Below the pieces are notes generated by a model. That model was not told the DNA's origin and made no database searches. It saw only the letters and a list, made by a program, of their open reading frames with translations. Shown in pieces: positions 1-8,530 of a stretch of DNA of 44,445 bases. The stretch's first letter is position 1, and every line of letters begins with the position of its first letter. The position numbers and the translations under genes were made by a program. Source of the stretch: an uncultured Actinomycetes bacterium (lineage in GTDB: Bacteria; Actinomycetota; Acidimicrobiia; Spongiisociales; DATADW01); contig CAWGRK010000004.1 of NCBI GenBank assembly GCA_963824995.1, positions 62,001 through 106,445 on the forward strand. Reading direction: 5' to 3'.

Positions 1-1283
1 GGCCGAACGACGATCGGATCGTCAAGGGTGAAATCGTCCACCAGAACCCGCTCGGGGTTGTAGTCGACCTGGTCGCCGCCGAGTGATCTGATGAGGATCT
101 GCTTCACCGCGGGTACATAGCCCGAGCCGGGGCGGGCATCGCGCTGGGTGAGGAAGGCGAACTCGCCGAAGTCATTGGTGGGAGCGACGACCACCCCGGT
201 ACGCGCCGATACGAACATCCCCTCGAGCGGCTCCCAGAATTCGATCCCCGCGGGTATCGAGACGTCAGGTAGATCGGTCAACGAGACCGGGGCAGGAAGC
301 GGGTTGCCACTCGACTCGACCACCACCGCCGAGGGGTTGGCCAACCTGGTGAGAGGCAAGGCGTTGCCGAACTGCTGCTCTTCGACAGTTGCGGTGACGG
401 TCACCATGTCCCCGGGGCGGGCGCCGAGCGCACCACCACCTGGAAGAAAGACGCCGTCGGATGTCGCCGGGTCACCATCGCCCACCGGGTCCTGGAGCCA
501 GACGTCGTTTCCACCCGATGTGATCGCGGTGACGACTCCGCTGGTGGTGGCCACTTCTCCGGCGAACGGGGACCGTTCGCCATCACCTTGAATCTGGGGG
601 ATCGTCAACGCGATGGGCGAGCAGCCATCGAACCCGCCCGGTGTTGGAGTGTTGTCTGGACCCAGGTCGAAGTCGGAGATGACCCAGTCCTCCGGCGTTT
701 CGGTGTCGACACCGTCGGTCGATCTACGCGCACCGGCCGGGAAGAAGCTGCCGTCGGGACCGATAACCGGTGCCTCGAAGAAGAACGAGTCATCGATGCC
801 ACCGTCGGTGAGAGCGACCGTGTCGAGAACCACCTCGGACCCGGTGACCATGCCCCCCGAGATCGAGCTTGTCTCCACCAGCGCGACGGTGAGCGAACTG
901 TTCTCGAAGCTGTCGGTCCCGATGGCGTCATCGGGCGTGACGCCGTAGTGGATCGGCAAACCGCCGCAGTTGCCTATCAAGAAGAAGCCGTTGTCCCCGA
1001 CCGTCTGGAAGGGCAGGAAGTCGATGCGGCGGTCGATGGTCCCAGCGGCTCCGACGTCTCCCTCGACGACGATCAGCGACAGCCCCGTCAAGCTGTAGCC
1101 GGGGTCGCCGTACAACTCGACGTACTCGGTGTCATCGGTCCCGGTGTGACTGGCGAGGACCTCGTTGATCAGGACAGGGTCGCCGGTCGCAGCCGGCGCC
1201 AACGACGCCGGCAGGAGCGCCGCAACGACGGCAATCGCCGTCGTCGTCCATCCGAACCGTCGCCGAACCCCCTTGGAAACCAT
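1..1283 (-). CDS. Secreted lamin-tail-domain + OB-fold protein, probable ExeM/NucH-like extracellular nuclease (3' end beyond window edge)
   Basis: Not in the ORF track because it runs off the edge. ATG at 1283 with a GGAGG RBS. Manual translation: signal peptide MVSKGVRRRFGWTTTAIAVVAALLPASLAPAA, LTD-type VLINEVLASHTGTDDTEYVELYG, then TIPQIQGDGERSPFAGEVATTSGVVTA...WLQDPVGDGDPATSDGVF and FWEPLEGM, typical of ExeM/YhcR OB folds. The catalytic domain is not visible. Confidence 0.75.
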   Translation of the reverse strand, partial: MVSKGVRRRFGWTTTAIAVVAALLPASLAPAATGDPVLINEVLASHTGTDDTEYVELYGDPGYSLTGLSLIVVEGDVGAAGTIDRRIDFLPFQTVGDNGFFLIGNCGGLPIHYGVTPDDAIGTDSFENSSLTVALVETSSISGGMVTGSEVVLDTVALTDGGIDDSFFFEAPVIGPDGSFFPAGARRSTDGVDTETPEDWVISDFDLGPDNTPTPGGFDGCSPIALTIPQIQGDGERSPFAGEVATTSGVVTAITSGGNDVWLQDPVGDGDPATSDGVFLPGGGALGARPGDMVTVTATVEEQQFGNALPLTRLANPSAVVVESSGNPLPAPVSLTDLPDVSIPAGIEFWEPLEGMFVSARTGVVVAPTNDFGEFAFLTQRDARPGSGYVPAVKQILIRSLGGDQVDYNPERVLVDDFTLDDPIVVR

Positions 1284-1358
1284 GTGCCCTCCTGTGGCGG
1301 TCACATGGAGAAAGGTACCCCCGGGGTGCGACAACCGCACCGGGGCCAGTCTCGATGG

Positions 1359-4300
1359 TCAACCGGTGGCCAGAGCGGGTTGCTCCCCGGTCAGCGTCCC
1401 GAGACGGTTCTCGGCGGAAGCGGCGAGCGCCAGATGGGTCCGTCGCTCTTCTCCTTCCAGGGACAGTGCCGCCGCTTCAGCATGCAGCCGAGCAGCATCC
1501 CAGGTCAGCCCTCCAGCGTCGGCATAGGCAGCCCCCCGTCGGAAATGACGCCGAGCCGCAGAGGTGCGGTTCCTCAGGAGTTCATATCGCCCCTTGAAGA
1601 GCTGCACCCGCGCCCGGGCGAAGGGGAGTAGCAGCGCATACCGCCTCAGTCCGGAGAGAGACGACTTCAACTCGTCGAGCGCGCCGCTCTCACCGCCGGC
1701 GGCGAGCTTCGCCAAGGAGTCACACCAGGCCGTGTAGGAGGTGAGGTGGAGGAAGATGGGGGATGGTCGCAGCTCGCCGTTGGCTTCGACCAGAACCGGA
1801 CGCGAATCGTCGCTCCGCCCGACGGCTACGAGAGCCAGGGCTCGTGTGGTGAGGTGAAGTCCGAGAGCGATGCTGTCGGCTCTCTCCACGACCAAGGACG
1901 CCGCATCGCTGGAGCGGACCGCGCCGTCAACGTCGCCTGCATCGACCAGGAGAGGAACGAGAAGCGTCCTCGCCCAGGTCTCGTGCTGCGGTTGGTCCCG
2001 TCTGTGACCGTCGGCGGCGAGTTCGGTCAGGTCCTGTCTCGCCAGATCGAGCGGCCCATAGATGGTTCGGGCGAAGCCGCGCACGGCGAGCGCTGCCCCA
2101 TAGGCGTCCGAGGCGATCCGCTCGGCGGCATCGACCGTTCGGTCGAGCAGGTCGATCACCTCGGCGCTGTGATCCTCTTTCCCGGCGAGCAGAAATACGG
2201 CTTCCGAGAGGTCGGCCGCCACGTGGAATGGGGTGGTGACATCACGCTCGATCTTGGCGGCCAGCGGGCCCGGCTGACCTTCGAACACCGGCCGAATCGG
2301 ATCGGCCCTGGCAAGACCGAAATAGCGACGGGCGAGACGATGGAGCCGGACGGTCCCAACAAGGTTCCCCAGTCCGGCGTACGCCGGACCGGCCACCCCC
2401 GGGTCGCCTGCCCTCTCTGCCAGGTTGATGGAACGCAGGTTGGTCACCAGCCAGCGGGGCACGTCGGCCTGGAAGTAGTGGACCTGACCGAGAACCGAGA
2501 GGATGAAGGCGGCCTGTCGCGTGACGGCGGCCTGGTCGCCCTGGTTGGGCCGACCTCCGAGCAGATGGCCGATCTGGACGAACACTTCCTTGATGAAACG
2601 GGCGGTCCCCCTGACCCAACCCCCAGACACGGCGTGGCCCAGCTTGGCCAGGCCCGCCTGGTACTGCTCCACCGCCGGGTCGAGGCGGCCCTGTGCTGCC
2701 TCGGCTTCCCCGAGTGACTGGTGGATGTATGCGCAACGCGTCGCCGGAAGGCTGCTGCCACGAGCATCGAGTTGATCCGCTCTGGCCAGGGCGGCGCCCA
2801 GAAAAGAAGCGGCGTCGTCGAAGGCACCCGCTTCGAGTGCGGCCGCTCCGGCGCCCTCGAGGTAGTCGAGAGCCGGTTCCAGGTGGCCGGCAGCCTCCCA
2901 GTGGTGGGCGAGTAGGGGATACTGCGTCGGCGCCGGGCCACCTTCTTCGATCCTCTTCGCCACCTCCTCGTGGAGCTGCCGGCGCATCGCAAGGGGCAAT
3001 TGCTCGTAGGCCGACTCCTGAACCACGGCGTGGCGAAAGGTGAACCCGTTGTCGGTCGGCGTGATCAGGTCACGTCGCACCAGGTCGTCCAGCTGCTCGG
3101 CGATGAGGCTTTCGTCGAGGCTCAGCGGGTGGATCGCGGCAAGTAACTCCGCGTCGAAGCTGACTCCCAGCACGCTGGCGACCTTGACCGTGGTCTGCTC
3201 GATGGCGCTCAAACGGCTCAGCCGGCTCGAAGTCAAACCATGGACGGTGTCGGGAAGGTCGAGGTTCTCCAGCCGCTCACCGGGCACGGCGGTGGCGACC
3301 TTGCCATCGACCACGTCGACATAGCCCTGGTCGCGCAGCGAGTAGACGAGTTCCTCGATGAAGAGCGGGTGCCCTTCCGCCTTCGCCTCGATGAGACGGG
3401 CCAGGCCCTCCGGCAGATCGATCACCCCGAACCTGTCGCTTGCCAGCCGGCGCGCCGCGTCAGCCGGGATCCGCTCCAGCCGGAGCAGATCGACATCCGG
3501 GGCGGCGATCAACGCCTCCAGGACCTCATGCCGCTCCCCAACGGTGGGGCGGGTGGTCAGGAGCAGGGCGGTCTCCGGCAACTCTTGGTGAACCTGGTTG
3601 AGCAGATCCCAGGAGGCGGCATCGAGCCAGTGGCAGTCCTCCATCACTATGAGAAGAGGGACCCCGGCGAGCGACCTGAGCAGTTCCACCACCGCGGTGG
3701 CGGTACGCAAACGGCGCCCTTCCGGCGTGAGCGCTGCCGTCGCCGCCGTGCCCGGGATGTCGATCCCCATCACGGCGGCGAGAAGCGGGGACAGATCCGG
3801 TCCACCCGGGATTCCTTCGAAACGCGCTCCAAGCACCCGGGCCCTATCTGCCGGGTCGACGATGGTGTCGAGGCCGAGCGCCTCGCCGCAGACGGTTCGC
3901 CATGCGGAATACGGAGCGGCTTCCACCGGATGGCCCCCTCCGGCCAGAACGGTGAATCCGAGCGAGCGACTGGTGTCGATCGCCTCAGCCGCGAGGCGCG
4001 TCTTCCCGATACCGGCTTCACCCTCCAACACGAGAACAACAGGCTCGCCACGGGCGGCGGCACCAAGGCGACGGTGGACGATTGCCCGTTCCTCATCCCG
4101 CCCGACCAGAGGATCGGTGGCGTTGGCTCCGGGCTGTACCGACCAGATGGGCCGGTATGCCTCCACCGGCGCGTCGTGCCCTTTCAAACGGATCGGGGTG
4201 AGTTGGGCGAAGTGAACCCGGCCCCTGGTGGCACGCCTGGTAGCGCGGTCGCAAAGGACCTCGTTCCCGGCTGCCTGCATCAACCGGGCCGCCAGGTTGA

Positions 4301-5414
4301 CGCTCGGGCCGACGACGGTGCGCGCTCGAAACACGTCCGTTCCGTACAGACCGGTGAAGACCCTCCCGGTCGTTATGCCGATCCCGTGATCCAGCCGGAT
4401 GTCGAGCAGTGCCCGATCGAGCGCCTGACCCGCCTCCACGGCGCGCAGCGCATCCTCCTCGTGGACAAGCGGCGGAAGACCGAACACGCCGAGCAGGGTC
4501 AGCGCCTTGTCGTCGGCGAGGATCCCGGTGAGCGTCCCCTCGTAACGATCGAATGTCTCCTGGGCGGTGCGCACGACCAGTTGCAGGGCGTTGCGATCTC
4601 GGGTGTCGATCAGATCGAGGCCCCTCATGTTGAGAAAGAGCGAAGTGGTGGTGAGGTACTCGGTGTGCCACCCGCCCTCGTCCTCACCGAGGAATTCGCT
4701 CACGCCGGAGGGCAGGTAGGCCTCGACTGCGTGAGACACATCCCCGTCAAGCTGCGCCGGTTGCATCGCCGCGATATCCGAGTGCTCGACCGCCAACAGC
4801 CGGAACATGCCCGAGGGGGCGGGAACGAGACGGCTCTGGCTCAGCAACCGGGCAACGTCTCCGGTGACGGCGACGTCTCCCGGATCCACATCGACCACCG
4901 CGGAACCCATTGCGGCCAAGGCGGGACCGGCGACGAGGAACTGGTGCCGGCCCTGGAACCCCCCGAGGTCGAGCATGACCGCCCGACCAGCCCCTATCCC
5001 GATTCGGAAGCCGAGACTCCGCTGCGTGCCGACCCCGAGACCAGCGATCGTGTCCTGGGCATCGAGCGCGCATCTGCCTGCGGCGAGAGCGGCCTCTGTC
5101 AGCGAGGGTCCGGGCATCCATACCGCGACCAGCGAATCCCCGCCAAAGCCGACCATGAGCCCACCGTGCCGATCGACCGCTCCGATCAGACCGCGGAAGT
5201 ACCTGTTGAGCTCGGCGACGATCTGCTCGGTACCCATGGATGGATCGGCGGCGAGCCGCTGGGTGAGCCCAGAGAACCCGGAGACGTCCATCTGCATGGC
5301 AACGAGTTCGGTCTCTTCAGCGAGCAGCCCTTCGGGCACTTCGGGCCGCGTCGCCAACCGGAGCCGCAACGGCCCCGGGAGAAAGCTGGCGAGAAGGTCG
5401 GCGGTCCCCGGCAT
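1359..5414 (-). CDS. Soluble-adenylyl-cyclase-like protein: two class III cyclase domains + STAND AAA ATPase + TPR-like helical C-terminus
   Basis: C1 has MDVSGFS and FGGDSL. C2 has DDKA and TVVGPSVNLAARLM. Walker A GEAGIGKT, Walker B LIVMEDCHWLD, plus GHPLFIEEL and FRHAVVQE. Start placed at ATG 5414 (purine-rich GAAGGGGGG upstream) rather than 5459. Confidence 0.9.
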   Translation of the reverse strand: MPGTADLLASFLPGPLRLRLATRPEVPEGLLAEETELVAMQMDVSGFSGLTQRLAADPSMGTEQIVAELNRYFRGLIGAVDRHGGLMVGFGGDSLVAVWMPGPSLTEAALAAGRCALDAQDTIAGLGVGTQRSLGFRIGIGAGRAVMLDLGGFQGRHQFLVAGPALAAMGSAVVDVDPGDVAVTGDVARLLSQSRLVPAPSGMFRLLAVEHSDIAAMQPAQLDGDVSHAVEAYLPSGVSEFLGEDEGGWHTEYLTTTSLFLNMRGLDLIDTRDRNALQLVVRTAQETFDRYEGTLTGILADDKALTLLGVFGLPPLVHEEDALRAVEAGQALDRALLDIRLDHGIGITTGRVFTGLYGTDVFRARTVVGPSVNLAARLMQAAGNEVLCDRATRRATRGRVHFAQLTPIRLKGHDAPVEAYRPIWSVQPGANATDPLVGRDEERAIVHRRLGAAARGEPVVLVLEGEAGIGKTRLAAEAIDTSRSLGFTVLAGGGHPVEAAPYSAWRTVCGEALGLDTIVDPADRARVLGARFEGIPGGPDLSPLLAAVMGIDIPGTAATAALTPEGRRLRTATAVVELLRSLAGVPLLIVMEDCHWLDAASWDLLNQVHQELPETALLLTTRPTVGERHEVLEALIAAPDVDLLRLERIPADAARRLASDRFGVIDLPEGLARLIEAKAEGHPLFIEELVYSLRDQGYVDVVDGKVATAVPGERLENLDLPDTVHGLTSSRLSRLSAIEQTTVKVASVLGVSFDAELLAAIHPLSLDESLIAEQLDDLVRRDLITPTDNGFTFRHAVVQESAYEQLPLAMRRQLHEEVAKRIEEGGPAPTQYPLLAHHWEAAGHLEPALDYLEGAGAAALEAGAFDDAASFLGAALARADQLDARGSSLPATRCAYIHQSLGEAEAAQGRLDPAVEQYQAGLAKLGHAVSGGWVRGTARFIKEVFVQIGHLLGGRPNQGDQAAVTRQAAFILSVLGQVHYFQADVPRWLVTNLRSINLAERAGDPGVAGPAYAGLGNLVGTVRLHRLARRYFGLARADPIRPVFEGQPGPLAAKIERDVTTPFHVAADLSEAVFLLAGKEDHSAEVIDLLDRTVDAAERIASDAYGAALAVRGFARTIYGPLDLARQDLTELAADGHRRDQPQHETWARTLLVPLLVDAGDVDGAVRSSDAASLVVERADSIALGLHLTTRALALVAVGRSDDSRPVLVEANGELRPSPIFLHLTSYTAWCDSLAKLAAGGESGALDELKSSLSGLRRYALLLPFARARVQLFKGRYELLRNRTSAARRHFRRGAAYADAGGLTWDAARLHAEAAALSLEGEERRTHLALAASAENRLGTLTGEQPALATG

Positions 5415-5446
5415 GAGCGTCCCCCCCTTCGACGAGCCTACCGGGG

Positions 5447-6404
5447 GTGGCTCTCGCATCTAGGTTCCCACCTGTGGTGCTTCCCTCGCCCGACCGGTTG
5501 GCCACCATCGCCCGCCAAGCAACTCTCACCTTCGCCGACGAGCTCCAGCCCATGTCGCGGGGGCTTTGGGAGGAAATGCTCCGGAGACGGCGAGAAGTGA
5601 CGGGAGGCGGACCGGATTACCTCCATCCTCTTGCCCAACCGGTCGTGCTGGTTCCCCTGTGGGCTGCGCAGGCAGCGGCCGGCATCGGGAGTGGCGTGAC
5701 GGGCGAGCTCGTCGAGACGGCGGCAGCCGCCGGCGCGATCGGCTACTACGCGGTGCGACTCCAGGACGATCTCATGGACGAGGGGATCGGCGATCCCGCC
5801 GCGATCGCCGTTCTCTCTTCGGCGGTGCTGACGGCAGCCCAATCGACGCTCGGCTCGATGGGTCTCAGCGCCAGGTTCTGGAGTTGGCACCGTGAAGTCA
5901 TGTTGGGCTACGCCGAGGCGATGCAGTTCGAGGCGGAGATCCGCTACGATCCCGATGCCTATGACGAAGCCGCCTTCGAGCGGGTTTTGGAGCGGTCGCG
6001 CCCTCTCGCGGTGCCGGGCGTGGCGGTGCTCGACGCCGCCGGGGCCTGGTCGCTTCAACCGGATTTCGAACGGATGATCTTGTCGGCGACCGGTGCACTG
6101 CAGATCGTCAACGACCTGGACCAGGTCGCAAAGGACCTGGCGGAGGGCAACCGCACCTGGGTGCACAACCTGCTCGGGTTGCACGCCGGTGCCCCGCTGA
6201 CCAGGGGCAGGTTCATCGGCGGGATGGATCGGGTACTCGACGAGATGAGAGATCGTCTGGCCGAAGTTGGCTGGGTTGGCCGTCCGACTCGGCGTGCCCG
6301 AGGCGGCGGTGTGGGCGGAGACGACCAAGAGAGCGGCCACCGATCGCTTCGAGCGGGTGCTTCTGTCGCTGCTCGAGACGCCCCCGGCAGGCGCACCGAC
6401 TTAG
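5447..6404 (+). CDS. Class I isoprenoid-synthase-fold enzyme (ComQ-like prenyltransferase / terpene-synthase-like); one indel near 6270
   Basis: First Asp-rich motif RLQDDLMDE; second motif LQIVNDLDQVAKDLAEGNRT. After about 6270 the plausible helical C-terminus continues in another frame (AGLAVRLGVPEAAVWAETTKRAATDRFERVLLSLLETPPAGAPT*) to TAG 6402-6404. Start codon uncertain. Confidence 0.72.
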
Positions 6405-6416
6405 CATTGCCGCAAT

Positions 6417-6842
6417 CGTCGAGTGGAGGGGACATGGACGAGGAACCTGGATACCCCAATGGGATTCCGGAGGACGATGAATCGGGAACCTCGATGGGAT
6501 TCCCGGATTCATCAGAGGGATTCCGACGGAGGTGTTCGGCAAGGTGATCACGTCGTCAGTCATTCCGCACGGACTTGTTCGCCGAAGGTGCCGACCTCAG
6601 CGACGGTTCTGCGAAGGGCACGCATCCACATATCAGCCGACATCGGTCTGGAGCAGTTGCAGAAACTCATCGAGACGGAGCGCAGCGCGAATACCCTGAG
6701 CCTGCTCGACAGCGATCCTCCGATCGAATCGCCTGAGCGGTCGGCCGCCGATCGATAGTCGGCCTGACGCGGTCGTCCCGCTCCTGGACATGCCCTCGGC
6801 GTAGCATCCGGCGACCGTCGAGTGGAGGGGACATGGACGAGG
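6417..6842 (+). repeat. 27-bp exact direct repeat CGTCGAGTGGAGGGGACATGGACGAGG (6417-6443 and 6816-6842), marking a ~400-bp tandem gene duplication
   Basis: Read directly. Each copy holds a GGAGG RBS, the ATG and the first codons (MDE). Each is preceded by TAGCAT (6402-6407 and 6802-6807). Confidence 0.92.
6434..6758 (+). CDS. Small NHLP-leader-like protein, copy 1 (candidate RiPP precursor); three indels, or a pseudogene
   Basis: Rebuilt across frames as MDEEPGYPNGIPEDDESGTSMGFPD/FIRGIPTEVFGKVITS/QSFRTDLFAEGADL/ATVLRRARIHISADIGLEQLQKLIETERSANTLSLLDSDPPIESPERSAADR*. This aligns collinearly with 6833-7066. Confidence 0.6.
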
Positions 6843-7066
6843 CACCTGACTTTCTCAATGAGGTCCCGGAGGCGGTTTTCGGCAAGGTGGTCAAGTCGCG
6901 CACCTTTCGCGAGGCCTTGTTCGCCCAAGACGCCGACGTCCGCCAGGTTCTGGACGAGGCCGGCATCTACATCAGCGAGGACGGCCTCCGGCAGTTGAAG
7001 GACCTGATCACTCAGGAGCACGAGCACCCGACGCTCGGGGTGCTTTACGGCGCCGAGATCGTCTGA
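6833..7066 (+). CDS. Small NHLP-leader-like protein, copy 2 (candidate RiPP precursor, 77 aa)
   Basis: Strong RBS and intact ORF. VFGKVVKSRTFREALFAQDADVRQVLDEAGIYISEDGLRQL matches the G-K/R-x4-F-R-x2-L...L-x3-G-x2-[LI]-[ST]-x-[ED] pattern of nitrile-hydratase-leader-clan small proteins. Confidence 0.7.
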   Translation: MDEAPDFLNEVPEAVFGKVVKSRTFREALFAQDADVRQVLDEAGIYISEDGLRQLKDLITQEHEHPTLGVLYGAEIV

Positions 7067-7895
7067 CCGATCGGCCGCCCGGAAAGCGGCCGTCTTCTAC
7101 GACCGTTGGTCGGAGACGTTCCTCCGACTGGCGGGTTCCAGCTTCCAGTCGGGGTTGATCCCGGCATCGCCCGGTGCGTCCGAGGATCCCGACGCCTCCG
7201 CCGTAGCCTTGGCGCGGCGGGCCGGCATCGGCCCCGGTGACCTCGTGCTCGACGCCGGCTGCGGCGTGGGCGGTCCCGCCATTGCGATAGCCCGTGATCT
7301 CGGGGCAATCGTCCACGGGGTCACCGTCTCCCCCGTCCAGGTGAGGCTCGGTCGGGTTCTTGCCGCCGAGGCAGGTGTGGCCGACCGGGTTCATCTCCAT
7401 CTCGCCGACTTCCACCAACTCCCGTTTGCCGACGAGCGGTTCGATGCGGTGACGGTGATGGAGGCGACCTGCTACAGCGATGACCTGTCGGGCCTGATCG
7501 GGGAGTTGGCGAGAGTCCTCCGGCCCGGCGGCACGCTGTACGTCAAGGACGTGTTCCAGCGGGCCGGCCCACTCACCGAGATCCAGCGACGAGATCTCGC
7601 ACGGTTCCATGAGATCTGGGCGTGTCACGCCAGCGCCACCATGCCGGCGCTCGAGGAAGCGATGGGGAGCGCCGGCCTCGGTGTCGTGGCCAGCGCCGAG
7701 TTGACCGACATCGGAACCGACCATTTCTACGCGGCGATGCTCGAGGTCGATCCGGTGGAAGGGTTACGTCTCAGCGAAATGGGGAGCCATTTCCTGCAGC
7801 GGGGAGACGTCCCCATCACGTGGGGAGAGGTTGTCGGGCAGAAACCTCTTCAGTCGCCAGGGACGACCGCAACCGCAGTGATCTCGACCAGCTGA
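7062..7895 (+). CDS. Class I SAM-dependent methyltransferase (sterol/tocopherol/GPP-methyltransferase-like); start unresolved
   Basis: Motifs VLDAGCGVGG, VHGVTVSPVQ, ADFHQLPFADERFDAV and RVLRPGG. The frame is open upstream of the ORF-track start (7155) and encodes a typical N-terminus AVFYDRWSETFLRLAGSSFQSG, but has no canonical start codon there. Confidence 0.85.
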   Translation, partial: SDRSAARKAAVFYDRWSETFLRLAGSSFQSGLIPASPGASEDPDASAVALARRAGIGPGDLVLDAGCGVGGPAIAIARDLGAIVHGVTVSPVQVRLGRVLAAEAGVADRVHLHLADFHQLPFADERFDAVTVMEATCYSDDLSGLIGELARVLRPGGTLYVKDVFQRAGPLTEIQRRDLARFHEIWACHASATMPALEEAMGSAGLGVVASAELTDIGTDHFYAAMLEVDPVEGLRLSEMGSHFLQRGDVPITWGEVVGQKPLQSPGTTATAVISTS

Positions 7896-8251
7896 CCGGT
7901 GTAACCGAGGAAGGGGACACCGAGCAGCGTCGACGTATGCGGTCCGACGCTGAGGTCCGACCGGCGAACCTCGTCCCACACGATGGACAGATCTGCATGC
8001 TCGGCAGCGACCACGTAGACGGTGGTAGCCACGACTCGGTCGAGGCCGGTGCCGGCACCGTGCAGCGCGTCAGCCAGGTTGGTGAGAACGGCCCTCGTTT
8101 GCGCCCTCAGGTCTCCCGCCCCGACCAGGGATCCCGACTGGTCGATGGGCACGGCTCCGGCGGCGAACACCAAACGCTCGCCTGCTTCGACGGTTGCGGT
8201 GTGGGCGTAGCCGGGCGGTGTGGCCAGACCCGACTCGATGCGGCTCTCCAT
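7850..8251 (-). CDS. RidA/YjgF/YER057c/UK114 family protein
   Basis: GYAHTATV, LVFAAGAVPID, DLRAQTRAVLTNL, STLLGVPFLGYTGQLVEITAVA. Start set at ATG 8251. Confidence 0.85.
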   Translation of the reverse strand: MESRIESGLATPPGYAHTATVEAGERLVFAAGAVPIDQSGSLVGAGDLRAQTRAVLTNLADALHGAGTGLDRVVATTVYVVAAEHADLSIVWDEVRRSDLSVGPHTSTLLGVPFLGYTGQLVEITAVAVVPGD

Positions 8252-8342
8252 CGACGCGATCGTAGAGCCAGCCCGCTTCGGCGCATCAGGCGGCGCGGCA
8301 CAAGTTGCCCTGAGCAGGTTCTCGCCCGTCGGTAGGAGATCG

Positions 8343-8516
8343 ATGTCGGCAACGCTTCCCGGCGGTTCGACACGGGTCGAGGTCCGCCATGTGAGGCGGA
8401 CGCTCGGGCTCGGCGCCCTCGTGTGGATCATGTTCTTCACCGTCTCCGGCGGCCCCTACGGGCTGGAGGACACCATCGGGGAGTCCGGCGCGGGGATGGG
8501 CCTGCTTCTGATCCCT
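8343..8516 (+). pseudogene. 5' remnant of an APC-family amino acid/polyamine permease
   Basis: AGGAG RBS and ATG 8343. RRTLGLGALVWIMFFTVSGGPYGLEDTIGESGAGMGLLLI is an APC TM1-TM2 signature. Similarity ends abruptly at a G-run and hairpin. Confidence 0.7.
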
Positions 8517-8530
8517 GCCGGGGGGGACGG

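Noticed and set aside
588..5600. Long plus-strand ORFs (588-1631, 1746-2717, 3240-5600)
   Set aside because: Antisense shadows of the nuclease-like and cyclase genes. Such shadows are common in high-GC DNA, and these have no recognisable motifs.
5447..6547. ORF-track 366-aa protein that appears to fuse the prenyltransferase to the first peptide
   Set aside because: Caused by the indel near 6270. The peptide has its own RBS and ATG identical to copy 2, and a better enzyme C-terminus ends at 6404.
6417..6842. 27-bp direct repeat as a CRISPR repeat or attachment site
   Set aside because: Only two copies 399 bp apart, each being the RBS and start of paralogous genes. No cas or integrase gene is in the window.
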